A stretch of 64,000 nt of DNA from positions 5,317,319 to 5,381,318 of the forward strand of contig CM082594.2 in assembly GCA_040954595.2 (NCBI GenBank). The letters run 5' to 3'. This DNA comes from Balanoglossus misakiensis. Its lineage: Eukaryota; Animalia; Hemichordata. Every line of letters starts with the position of its first letter. Within the stretch, counting starts at the first letter, position 1. Below the pieces are notes generated by a model. That model was not told where the DNA came from, searched no databases, and saw only the letters and a list, made by a program, of their open reading frames with translations. This document shows positions 28,101-41,126 of this stretch, piece by piece. The position numbers and the translations under genes were made by a program.

Positions 28101-29650
28101 TTACCATCGCCTTCAAACACGGCAAGAAAATTCTCTAATGATCGATAATTCATGAGCTAGTTCTGTAGCACGACTAATGTCTCATATAACAAAATGATGG
28201 CAGTAAATTCAAAAGATATCCATTGCATTCCTGTAATGTGATTGGCGGTTTGAGGATAGATATTCAAAAAGAAAGTTTTTGAAAAAAAGTTCTTTAAAAA
28301 ATTGTGTCACTCCCTGCATAGAAAGCTTTGTTTAGATCCATTTCGGAAACTATGATAACGTGAACAAAACACGTTGTTTTCATAATCACTTCATTTTACT
28401 TAAGGCGGCCATTTTGAATTCCTAGTATACATTATGGTGGCCATTTTAGCCACCGTGCAAAACGCGCGAGTTTAACTCGTCTGACTCTCGAGCAAGTACA
28501 TGGAGATAGGTAGTGTAGGCAGGGACAGACAGATGGACAAAGTGAGGTAAAGCATACACAGAATAACGATTTTATGGTTTAAAAAGTTATGAAGGAGCAA
28601 TACGTTTAAGACACAGCCTGGTGGTTTACAACGTGATGCAACGTGATACGACGAGATGTACGAAATGTGCATTAGTGTAGCAATCATGCCTACTGATAAT
28701 GCAAAAAATGAGAAGGTCAAAACGGCGGATTTTAGGGAGAACATTGGTTCAATTCGTCCAATTAGATAGTCATACTGTGATTTGCAAGGACCCTGGGGGA
28801 GAAAATGGCATTTTCTTGTGTTGCCCGTGTGAGAAGGTCATGTTTTATGTATATGATAAATTAAAGGCGCCATTTTATTTTGCTGCTCGCAAGGCCCGTC
28901 ACGGTTGTTCGGTCGTCGGGGGTAAAAAGAAAGCGATCATTGACGGAAGGGCGTTTTAACCGATCTCAATTTTCTAGCTTTGCTGAGTGAATATAATTCA
29001 GTAGAAATGGTTTACATTCTGAACAGATTAACTTAGTATTGCTTAATGATATTTAGTTATGCAGCGTGGTTGAGATGGAAAAGGAATGGGGGGGGGGCAT
29101 CATAATACAATACTACCCAACTTGATCGTAGGGGGCGGTATCTGGTCTTAAATGTCCAGGGTCGGTTGCGAATATTTTTTACAAACTCGTCGAAACCAGA
29201 ATGAACATGGGCAATAAGTTTATCATATACGAGTAGGAAGTCTGTCATCTGAGAGAAGTCTGGAAGACGTGCGAGGAGTATATTAAGTCAGCCGAAAATT
29301 AATTGTCTCAGAAAGCAGGAACGGCCCCAGGTTTCGTCTCCTTCATAATTACTACATGCCTGGAAAAATCACTGGAAATTACCACTGACTCAAATGAGTA
29401 CAACGACCGGCGTTTTACGAAGCTCGTTCACCTGGCTCGTCCTGCGACCCGGTAAATGATTTTCATATCCGGTCCCCGAAGTCAAGGCAACATTTCAAGG
29501 AATTGGGAGAGTGTTCGGAACAAAACGAGTGCAATTTTGGATTCAGTGGGTTGGTAGGAGTCCACGGTGAATGCAGCTAGTCACCAAACTTGAGACTAGT
29601 GTCTCGCGGCAATTATGGTCGGTCCAGTTATTGAGGGAACAAATTAATTT

Positions 29651-29730
29651 CATTATCATCATCATCATCATCACCACCACCACCACCACCACTACGTACC
29701 ACCACTACGTACCACCACCATCATCACCAT
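29651..29730. repeat. (CAT)n/(CAC)n trinucleotide repeat
   Basis: Read directly; includes a duplicated accaccactacgt. Confidence 0.9.
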
Positions 29731-32700
29731 CTCAACATTTGACTTTGATAGATCCACAATAGGAGTTATCCTTGCACACAGACTCACATAAAACACCACT
29801 TCTCTCTGAGAGCAGGATAACGGCTGGGCCGTACAATCCCCCCCAGGAGTTGAAATTCGCTTGAAAACTTGCAGCAACTTAAAGTACAAGGGAATGATGG
29901 GAGCAGACCAATTAAAGTGTAAATGGATACGGCAGCAAAGACAAACTTCAATTATTCACAGATAAGGCCTTCTGCAAGGAGCTCTTCTTGGAGGGAGATG
30001 CGAAAATAATGATAATCGCATAATTTATTCATCAAACTCTGGCTTTTTCTGAGGTAACAGGGGTCAGCGAGCGATGGAAATTGACGGGGGAAATGAAAGT
30101 CGATGGTTTGCAAGTCGGCTGAATACTTTCCTTTCCTGTGAAGGCATCGACCGACAAACGAAAAATGGTATTGTTCGATGGTTTGTGATGTGTTTCCTCA
30201 TGTATGCCGTCTGTATAGCGATGCCACTGACGCGGTAACAGACAGAGATCTATACCATTGCATGTTGGAAAAGTGTCAGAATTTTTATCACATTGTTGCA
30301 GACGATTCAGCTGCTGATTTTTGCGAGGAAAGGCTACTTTTGTTTGCCGCGTGCGCCGAATTTTGAATGAAACAGCACAAATACCATACACCTTGCTTTT
30401 CTCCATTTAGAATCATTAACTCTATTGGTAGTTGACAAAAATTACCACAAGTTTTGCTATATAAATTGTCGGTTCCATGGTAGTAACATTCATCTTACCC
30501 TAATGGGAAATTTTCTGACAGTCGAGGGCAAACGCGAAGCCAAAACATTATCGTTACAAGTTACAGAGATATAGAACATATTTACATGTATGTACTTAAT
30601 AACAGCTCTCTCACACATGATCTGTTGAGTTTGCGCGAAATGCAGCGGACTGCCGCTGGAGTTCATATCATCTGTAAATAGAGTATATCTGCATATCGAG
30701 GATGGATTGACATTTAAGATATGGACTCACACATCACTCTTTGTTGTGTGTGTTTTACGAATTATGTGACCCCAGAGAAATTGTTTTCAATTCCTCGTGT
30801 GGTGTGAAGCAAGTGTTGCAAAGATTACAATGTTTGTGCACGCAGTGAGGTGTTGACTACTGTCATTTTGTGGCAGGTAGTCGGATGAAATTGCCCTAAT
30901 TACAGCTGATATATATTTTTTTGTTTAGGAGAGCACGGCGAATGAAAACATCGAGCGATGCCCAGAGAGTTAGGTGGGACCAAACAATGTAAGGCAACAT
31001 TCTGAGCCAGGGTCCTTGGGTGTTGTGAGCGAATGAATGATTCAAGACTTAAAAGGTAAAATTTGGCAAGGAAGAGCGAAAACACACAAGGCGTTGCAAT
31101 TAAGTGAAAATTGTCGATTTCGTCAACGCGGAAGCGCACTCCCACGCGACAATAGACCAGAGAAGAAAATTGCCCCTCAATAGCACAGCTTTGCCGAGAA
31201 CTCGCACCGAAATTATCCATTCTGCTACGACATAGGAAAACGGCAATTATTTGCTTTTTAAAAGCGCTGCGAGCTCTGTACCAGGCGAAGGTTTTTTTTG
31301 TCGTGTCGTAGCTGCGGGGATAAATACGGGCGATACTTGGTATAAACAGAGGAAACTCCTAGCAAACACGTCTCGCAAGGGAAACCCATGCTGCTTTTTG
31401 AAGGGTCCCAAAAATGTGCCTGATAAGTTAGCTCTTGATTTTGCTGAAACGTCACTCCACATACACCGTCGTGCGACAGCGCTGTGGTGTGCTGATTGAG
31501 CCCAGCCGTCAAGCGGCGATTTATTTTCGACGGAAAGGAAAGCTTTTTATCGTCGTTTGCTTTTCGTGTTATTTTTGTACGACGACGACAGCGTTCACGC
31601 ATTGTCTAACAGAAAATGAGGTGAATGATAGCGGTGTTTTTCTTACAAGCACGACCCAACCAATTGACTCGCGATCGTGCTATACTGGAGAATCACGGAG
31701 AGATTAGGCAGAGATCAACAGTACACGTCAACAGTAAAACTATAGTTTGCTCATCATTGTCTCATCGTAAATCTCATTTTATAATTGCCAAACTGGCACA
31801 CCCCAATTCTCATCTCTAATTCATATTCTCCTGCATCAAATATTCGGAAGCATGCTGTATAAAATCTTGCATATAATCATTCCATTTTTGTTCTCACTAA
31901 TCCATCAATATACATGCGATACTGCCTAGTGATCAGTAAAATGGCGATTTATCGAAAAAATTATTACCGAACAGGTTCACTTTAGCTGGCACTCCCTGAG
32001 TTGACTCCGAGACGTATGTTTACCGTCACTGAAATGATCTATCGACCTGGAGTGTCACGTTGAAAGCTCTCGCGTTTAAGATATTATGTATTTGAGTGGG
32101 GTTGGAAACTAATGGATCAAATTCCCACACAGTGACCACACAATCGGGGAAGCATATTGAAGACTTCCCCAGGAGGCTGTTTTCTGTGGTGTATGGCTTC
32201 CATACCACGTTCCGTTGTATCAAGTTGGTATACGGCTTCGTGCCATGATACTTATGATACGTTGGGATTTCTCGTGGACAAGCAGACACGCAAACTGGCA
32301 GACATGCAGATAAGCAGGCAGGCAGACAGACGGGAGAGTGGACGGATAGATATAGATAGATAGACAGATAGCACCACTGAATGAAGCAAGGTAATGATAG
32401 AACCGAAATATAGTGTAGATGTATACGCAATTGCATTGTTTGACAGTGACAGTGGGGCAACTGACAATGACTGGACAATGCTGGCAAAACTGTTCAGGAA
32501 ATGCTGGCACTGTATGAAAAGGCTATAGGAGGGGCTAGCTGGCACATATGCCAAGTCCTGCTATGCCCATGCTCTCACATGTTGAAAGTGCAGTCTTTGA
32601 CTGCAAGGAATACGAAAGTTTAGAATCACGCGATCTCAATTTTTTGATCGCGAGGGATTTGAACGCCACAGGGGGTGGTCCCACCGGGTTACGCTCGCTT

Positions 32701-33393
32701 CACCACGGACACCGCCGAGCTCATAATTTGGTGGGAGATGCGCATATGCTGACGACACGTGACGTTGTCGAAGGTTAAAGAGGGAAGTGGGGGATCCCTG
32801 AACGTGGTCATTCAAGCTTGCTTGATTCGCTTTGGTCATTCTGAAGGACAGATGTGCGCTGTCTGGCCGCCTGGACATGCGCCCTTTCCGTCACCTTCTG
32901 CTGGTGCCTTTGACACTCCACAGAAGATGGTTCCAGTCCATTTCACTTGATTAACCTCATGAATATTAATTGACCTCATGAATATTAATAAGACTATCCT
33001 GCAGTGTCGGCTTGTCAAGTTTTCGGCGTTTGGACTATTTTTTCACAATTGCTTTACCCTTCGGGGCAAATGGCCTCGATGCGTGTGGACGCCACGCGCG
33101 ATATTGTCCAATGGGAAACTTTGTACTAAACAAGCTCCAAAACGGAGACCTGGCTTCTGACATATGCACTGCAGTGTCGGCCGCGTGCGCCAATTATTCA
33201 ATTAACACGTTGGTAATGCATCTAATTGCCCCTTCCGCCGCGATAAGATCTTAAAATTAAGTTTACCAAGAATTATTGCACATTTTAGTTCGGACGACAA
33301 ATGCATCGTTATTGGTCCATACCGCCAGGGTGAATGCATTTGTGTTTTCATTTTTTTAAACACGCATGAAACATTACAATTCTACTTGGTATT

Positions 33394-33810
33394 AGTCGAT
33401 TTCACGTTCCTGTCTTGTCGATTCCAGTCGGTTTACCTAGTTAACGATTTTATTATTTGCTATCGATTTTACCTAATGGTATTGTCGATTTCAGTCGGTG
33501 GTACAAGTGGTCAGTTTTATAATCGAACTCAATCGGTCGTAGCAGTTGTTTTCATTCGGTGGTAGTTACGTACTGGTATCAAATTCACATCAAATCTAAT
33601 CAAATCAAATCATATCATATCATAAAAATATCACTCGGTGCCTGAGTTGTGTAATTCATTCCGTGTTGCCGTTACACTCGTTAATAGCATTTGTTATTTT
33701 CACTCTGTGGTACTTCGGATCATTCAGTTGTGCAGCAGTCGATTTCCATCGACGGTGTATAGCTGCCGATTTCAGTCCGAGGTATTTTGTCGATTTCACG
33801 GTCATTTCAC
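33394..33810. repeat. Decayed minisatellite, ~20-bp unit resembling GTCGATTTCAGTCGGTGGTA
   Basis: Recurrent gtcgatttc / cagtcgg / ggtggta words at irregular spacing, interrupted by (AATCA)n/(ATATC)n at ~33588-33623. Confidence 0.6.
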
Positions 33811-34234
33811 CTTTACGTAGCGGACAAAGACCCTTAATTTACTCCACCGAGAGACTATGAATATATTGAAGCCGATTTTCAACGTCAGCGTTCTGAACAA
33901 GTGCGTCATTATCAATGGATTTTCAATGACACAAACTTACCGCCTGACGATCGCGCAGCTTCAAGGCAAGGTCATGTATGCATAATTTCCCACAATGGAT
34001 TAATTTTTAAAAACGAAGGGTGAATTATTTCCAGCGCAAGTGATAAAGTACGATTGATCCCATTTAATATTATTTAAACCATTTCTTTGGGAATTTATAC
34101 TCTGTATTTCGTCCGTTTGCTTGACCTTCAAGGCACTAGATAAATTCAACAGCTAAAACCATTGACCGGGTTCTGTTTAAAGTGTAAGCACATAACTTAA
34201 ACACAACCTACATTTGTAGATATCTAATATTAAA

Positions 34235-34422
34235 TTAAGGTAGAATGCGCCTCGAAAATTAGTCTTAAACTTTATTCTCATATTTTGCTCTCAAGACAAC
34301 TTTAGATTATACTCTCTTCTAATTAAGAATAAAAATTACCGGTGGTCACGGAACAAAAGTTTTAGATAGAGAGAGCAAAATTGTCTCAAATTTGACATTC
34401 AAAATGGCCGCCTGTTAACTCT
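34235..34422 (+). mobile_element. Truncated TTAA-flanked non-autonomous DNA transposon (MITE) end
   Basis: TTAA followed by GGTAGAATGCGCCTCG, with internal ttcaaaatggccgcc...gttaactct. The reverse-complement word ggcggccattttgaa recurs at ~28403. It resembles an abundant TTAA-target MITE family I recall from hemichordate DNA (unverified). The second terminus was not found. Confidence 0.55.
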
Positions 34423-36664
34423 GAGCGAACGTCGAATATCTACAGATCTCCGCGCGTGTTCTGCGACACTTCTTCGGTTGAGAATGCCATGCACAAGTCG
34501 CAAAAAACAACAACAAAGTGATGACTTAAAATACCCCACGGTATTTGGACGAGAAGCCCGTCACTTGAGATCTCCTCAGTGCTAAACACTCTCCCAGCGC
34601 TCAATGTTAAAAAACACCCACGTAACATCATATAAACTTTCAATAGACGTTCTGTCTTCTCCCTCTGTTATCAGCAACTTCATTTCATTACATTTCTCCT
34701 AATTAATAATACAAAGCACAAATTAAAGTATCACCTTTCCCGAAACCAAGGGAACATAGCGCTCCTTTCACATCCGGGACCTCGGATGACATGAGCGCGC
34801 GGCGCGCGTTTACCAGAAATGAACTCGCGGGAGAATTGCGAGCGAAAAAAAACACAACTCAACGCACCAGAAAACAATTCCCTATAAAACATTCAAAAAG
34901 AAGAATTAATCGGCGAACAATGTGATTTCAATACCGAAACTTAACAGTCGAAATTTAGCAATACCATGTAATGTTTTGACATGCCAGATTCAGAACAGCG
35001 AAACCGACCAGACTGGAAAAATGAAATGTTATAGAAAAATTCAACCGGATGCGTAATCGTGAAAGTAATCTTAGCCACATTATTTACATTTCAGCATTTT
35101 CATTAATTCAACTCATCGTTTAAAGTCGTCAGATGCGTGTTTAATGTAAAACAAAGACTAAGTCCGTCTTTATAGAAAGAGCACATTCCGTGGTACAATA
35201 TATTGACTGAAACGAAAGGCTGTTAAATATCGCATGGAATAAATCAACGGCTATCAAGCGTTTATTGTCGCTATAATTGTTGACCCGGTCACCGATTGTC
35301 AGAGTAAGTACGTTTTATGTACCAGTTGTCGCCAATTTCTGTTAATTTTGCACAAAAAAGTGGGGACCGATTTGTCTTCTGATACACTATTCTAGAATCA
35401 AGAGAAATGTCATCAAACATGACATGTTTGCGCGGAATGTGCGAAAAAAATCGACGTGGAACGGGTGCGCCTTGTGCCAGTTGTAACCCCTACAAAAGGC
35501 GCAGCATTATTTTTATCTTTCAATCAAATTAAGCAAAAGGAGAACAAAATTACCCTAAGTTAGGGTAAGAACCGCCAACAATAAAACGTCTTATCATACG
35601 AACAAATATCGCAATTAAATGTTAATGTTCCCATATCACTTGTTTATCGTGACCGAGTTGTAAGAAACCCCTGATTTTAGTAAATTACTGTCTTACTGTG
35701 ACTGTATTTAAATACGCACTGTGTAGATAGGCTTTTAGATTACTATATTCATAAATGCAATTCTTTCGGCGAACATCAACACGCAGGCGTCATTTTGTGC
35801 ACACAGCCGTTTGTTTTGCACCGAAGTAAATACAAGCGAGTATGGTATGCACATTTACCGGTTGTTGCACCTGTGATCGATCTAGGCCAAGTTCAAGAAT
35901 ATTGGCAATCTTTAATAAAAAGTTGGGTTTCGCGTATGTGTAAACAAGGTGGCGTTAAAGCTACATTAGCTGTAAATTTTGCCTGTTTTAAAGGGACATA
36001 TCTCTCTCTTGCTGCCCTTTTCCCACTAATCGTATTGAGATTGTGACACTGTGAGGTTTTATCATCATTCGTGTATTTTGCTTACTCGCGAACGTTTCAG
36101 CCCGTTCAGCATCTACGCTACACCAATAACCGAATTCATTTGAATAAAGGTGTAATTAAAATCAATTTCTTATTATGTTATGAAATCGCCGAAATCGTCT
36201 TTTCAGAGTTAGCCCCAGTTTCACAATTCAGACAATATTAATACAACCCACGATACAGACAACTAGGGCGGTGTACCGGTCACATGGGACTCGCTACGTG
36301 ATTTCATTCAAAGCGAGATTACCAATCCCCTCTTTAACCTGTCATACATATTAATCTGTTTTGATTATTTCGGGAGTATATTGTGGCTGAAAACTTGCGA
36401 CTGATCTCTTTAAACGGACGTATAGTGTGCTTGACAAGAGCGATAAAAATCGAGAGGACCCTTGGGATAGTTGTATTAACCGAGCCGCGGCGATACGTGC
36501 TCGCTTTCCCGTCAACTCGATTCCTGCCGCCTCTCGCTAAACCCACTCTTGTCGTTAAATTTGGCATTGCTCTCAATATCACAGAATTGTTCGATTTCTC
36601 CTCCACCCTTAGCCCCAACAAGTTTTTGTTTGTCTACCTGCTCACTTGTCTACGTTTAATTTAG

Positions 36665-36773
36665 CTCTCTCTCTCTCCCCTCTCTCTCTCTTCCCCCCCC
36701 CTCTCTCTCTTCCCCCCCCCCCTCTCTCTCTTTCCCCACTCTCTCTACTCTATACCTCTCTCTACCTCCCCTC
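36665..36773. repeat. (CT)n/poly-C low-complexity tract
   Basis: Polypyrimidine tract with mirror-like repeats. Confidence 0.9.
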
Positions 36774-38590
36774 GCTTTACTAGCGATAACACATAGCGAG
36801 TGTTATTTTGTGAAGATAGCAAAAGATTCCAACCGGTAAAGAAACTTAACCATGGTATCGATAGCTTATGAATAAACAGTTAAGCAACAGAATAATCTGA
36901 TCGGCATCTTTGCAAGTTTAACCATTCATTGAGTCGTACTAGTGCTGCTATAATTATGAATTGATTTCTTTCGATGTGTTTCTTAGACGTGTTTTGCCAG
37001 ATTGCCGGGCTTTTACAACGGTGGTGGCATCATGCGAACAACATCACCGATTTACAACGTCGTATCAGCGGCGTACGTTAGTGACACGAGTTGATAAATA
37101 TAAGTGTACGGGAATAAACGTCACCGCTCCAGACGGTGGTCCGAAAAAAAAAACAAGCATCTACTTAAACGTGCATTAGTGGAAATGCCGCAATGGTCGG
37201 CGGTCCCGCCAACCCCAACTTAGATTTCTCTCTCGACTGATTTCGTTCTTTGCCACGGTTAATTAAACACAATCATAAGCAAGTTAATCGATTGTTGCTT
37301 TCCCAACAGCGAGCTTGGTAATCAAAGTGCAAATGTCCATTTCAACTGTAGAGACCTTCTTTTGAATATGGAAGCTTTATGTGCATGTGTGAAGAATATA
37401 AGAATACACATATATATGTGTGTGTATGTATATACATGTATACATACATCTGAATTTGCATCGGTGAGAGTGTTTATTTATCACATCGCTAAATTTGTCA
37501 GTTTTTCAGTAAAAGTCATCATCTTGCTTTTTCTTGCTTTTACAGATATTACGGATACACCATGCCATCGATTGCCATAGCAACCGCTGGAGCACGAAGT
37601 CGCGAGCCAATGGCCTGGAGTCGAAATTTGAGCGACAATGAAATTGATTGTCAAGGGTCTCTGCATCGTAAAACCGAAATTCGACTTGATATATCCAAAT
37701 GTGACACCTGGGCGATGCTTTCACTCGCTTAGAATTCCCATCCGGAGGCCGCAACAATTCCCGTGGTCAACACCGACAGTTTCGCTTGTTTATGATCACA
37801 TAGATTAGTTAGTACGCGAGACAAACAAAATTTCCTTTCCGAGTGTACAAAGATCCCGTTGAGTATAACTTATATTTAACTAGATTCCTAAAATAGTGTT
37901 ATTTGTTCTCGTGAACAACAACAACAACAACAACTAAAATATACTCACATCAAAAGAAATACAAAAAAACAAACCATGTTTGTTATATAATCCCTTAGAA
38001 ACAACAAACTCTGTATCTCCACAAGTCTGTATACTTTTGTATAACGCGTCGGTAAAATCAGAAATATATACTGGTGACAACGATAGCGTGCCTTACGCTT
38101 TCTTTTTACCCCTTTGTTGCAAAAGGTAGGTTAACATTCAAATATGAGTTGCGATTTGTGATTGGACAGTCTACTCAGCCTTGGGAATCAATTCATCTAA
38201 AATCCACAATTTTAACTACAGCTAAAACCTAACGCAAGAATTTATAAATACCGTACAATTGACAACGCATTCTTAATTTTCAATACTTGTATTCTAAATT
38301 ATGCCTCGCTACGATTGATACTGTACTTGAATGTAGAAATATTCAGTTTATTTAAACGTTACAACATGGAATTGTCTCTCATGAGTGTTCATTTCAACCC
38401 CACAGATAAGAGTGATAATTTTTTATGTATTAGTTAATGGCTGGCAAGGAAATTGGATTAATGTTATCAATGGTCTATCGATAATATTTGATAGTCATAA
38501 TGAAATTAAGGAAATAAAGGTGTGGTCTTGATATCCTTTTTATTGATTAATTGACTGAATTTGATTAGTGTTGTACTGTGATCGATTGGT

Positions 38591-38839
38591 TTTCATGACC
38601 TCCTACATGACCTTACATCCTCGTACTTCCGTTGATATGAATCCATCAGTTTGATGAAAAAACTCTACAAAACTCTAGAACTGCAGCTTTAGTCAATGAA
38701 CTAGGCTCACAATTACCAAGCTGCCTATTTTTCACTGAAGTAATATTTTCAACATTTTTTGTACCAAAATTTTGAGTTTTGACGACCCCGTACCACCGGA
38801 AGTACGAGGATGTACGATTATATAGGGGTCATCATGAAA
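38591..38839. mobile_element. Foldback/MITE remnant with ~40-bp imperfect inverted repeats
   Basis: Perfect 18-bp inverted repeat TACATCCTCGTACTTCCG (38614-38631) / CGGAAGTACGAGGATGTA (38797-38814), extending imperfectly to tttcatga...tcatgaaa. Confidence 0.65.
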
Positions 38840-40972
38840 GTGACCTGTTCACTTAACAGGATAAACACGAAAATCGAGTTTACGGTTAAGGCTGTGACCT
38901 CAGCAGGGCCGTGAGCGCAATTTACTTTCGAAACATGATGTGTTCAGAACGATGTAGTATGCCATGCCTCGTTATCTTCTGTGTTTGAAAAATAAAAGTA
39001 GCCCCTACGGGTCACCTCACTTGTGGGGATTTTGATTTTATTTCTCTTGTCTGATTCTTCTCAGCTTTAGTTCATATCTTCCTGCTATTCAGTGATGATA
39101 AAAAATAAACGACTTTAGAGTTATCTGTGGTTAAGAAGATGTTCCTCGGTAAACGAGGTGGTGGTTAATGATCTTGAGCGATAGCTGCACTCGACTGAGC
39201 ATTAGAAACCCCGTGTTTTATTATTGCATTATGAATCCCACATGCTTCTAAGTCAAAAATAGCATTAAAATCAGAAAATTGACAAGCAAGGGGCATCTGT
39301 TATCATGAAAACCATGCTCGGACCAATTTCGAATACTCGTTGAGTTAGCGCTATTGGTAGATTTCTGACTGCGACTCGTATTTCCCGGTCTGATACAATC
39401 AGCGACGCTGCCCGGGATCTTCGCCGACGGAAAAGCTTCTTAAATTACGTTCTGCACGTGCGATGATGAACTCCGCTTCGCTGGAACTGTTCCCTGATCA
39501 GTTGAAATCGATACGATCATCTTACATAGCGAAATCTACAATTCCGTAAAATAGATGACACTCTAACTCGCTGTATTTTAGGTGAAATCTGCACAGGTCG
39601 TGACCTGGGATTCCGAAATGACACAAACATAACTGCTTCCCGATGGAAGCAAAGAAATTTCATTAGAATTCGACGCAGCGGTGAGCTCGTCTAGGTATAC
39701 GCCCTAAGAGCGAGACTTCGCCAAATTGACTGGCGTTACCAAATCGCTGACTGCCAAGATAATCACCCTGAAAGGCGAGTTTGCATTCCCGCTGCGAACA
39801 CCAAGGATGTAACGAGAATATATTCAGTCTGATTGCAAAACTGGAAGACTTGTTTATGTACGTGTCGCTGGAAATGGCCAAATTTAGTCCCGATTCAGTC
39901 ATTTATTAAAGGCTCCACAAAGAGACCCTGATTAGGCCGTCATGTCACTCACACAGTTTTTCATTTTAATCAACGTGCCGAGTGCCATCGACTCGACGCC
40001 AGCATCGCCCATTCATCGTCCGCACTAAATACACAATTAAAAAAAAAGACCGAAGCTGGCCTGGTTACCACGGCAACCGGTCCAAATAGTGAGGGTCTGG
40101 GAAAGAATATGAGTTTTATCACTCAAATCCCTCCATGTGTAAAGAGACATTTATCGCCTAGCCCAGCCTGGGAGAACAGATGTGGTTTGTGAAAAACTTA
40201 GTAAAAGATTGTTCGCGAATCGCGATGCGCAGTCACTTCAATTTTAACCAAACAACTGTCTACAGAAAAGAGAAAGTACTAGTTTTGTGCAAAGCTTGGG
40301 GAAAGAAGGGTATTATCTACATAAGAAGTCACGTAGACTGACAGAGAGACAGGCAGACAGACAGAGAGACTGAAGGACAGACAGGCGGATAGACGTACAC
40401 ACATCACACACTCACTGGTTTATGTATCTCGGACAGGGCGTATTATGGTAGAAATGTTTGCAGGGCGATTGTTTATACGACAACATACTATGATGCTGGT
40501 TCAGAGAGACTTGGTGGATTGGTGAACAGCAAACGAAGATAGCAAATTGTGAAGATTGATCTACAAACTTCATTTGCAGAAACTGGAGCACAAATGTCAT
40601 CTTTTTCTTTGGTTCGCGGCTTTGACATGGCTGGAGAAATACTCTTAGTTCGCTGTGCAGATACCTATGATACGTCATCTCCGTCAAAGCATGGTGGCGC
40701 TGCAACATGTCCGGTTTGAATATTCCCGATGGCATAGAGTATATACAAGACTCTCATAAACAATGAATCGAAGATCTTCCTGTGAATTTGATTGTAGAGA
40801 TAAAAAAACACAGAGATTTACCAATGTCGGTAAATGTGCCCATTTATATCACGTAAAAAACATGAAAACTGGAATTTTTTATCATGGCCAGGGTCAGGTT
40901 ATCTCAAATTTGAAATTCTAAATGACCCAGTCTCTGTTTAAACTCAACGGAGAAATATTAAAGTGGAGGTTT

Positions 40973-41126
40973 ACTGACTGACTGACTGACTGACTGACTG
41001 ACTGACTGACTGACTGAATGACTGACTGAATGAATGAATGACTGAATGAATGAATGAATGAATGAATGAATGAATGAATGAATGAATGAATGAATGAATG
41101 AATGAATGAATGAATGAATGAATGAA
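40973..41126. repeat. Compound (ACTG)n/(GAAT)n microsatellite
   Basis: Read directly. Confidence 0.97.

Noticed and set aside
32696-32716. RE1/NRSE-like CACCACGGACACCGCC
   Set aside because: The left half-site (TTCAG) is missing and REST relevance in this lineage is doubtful.
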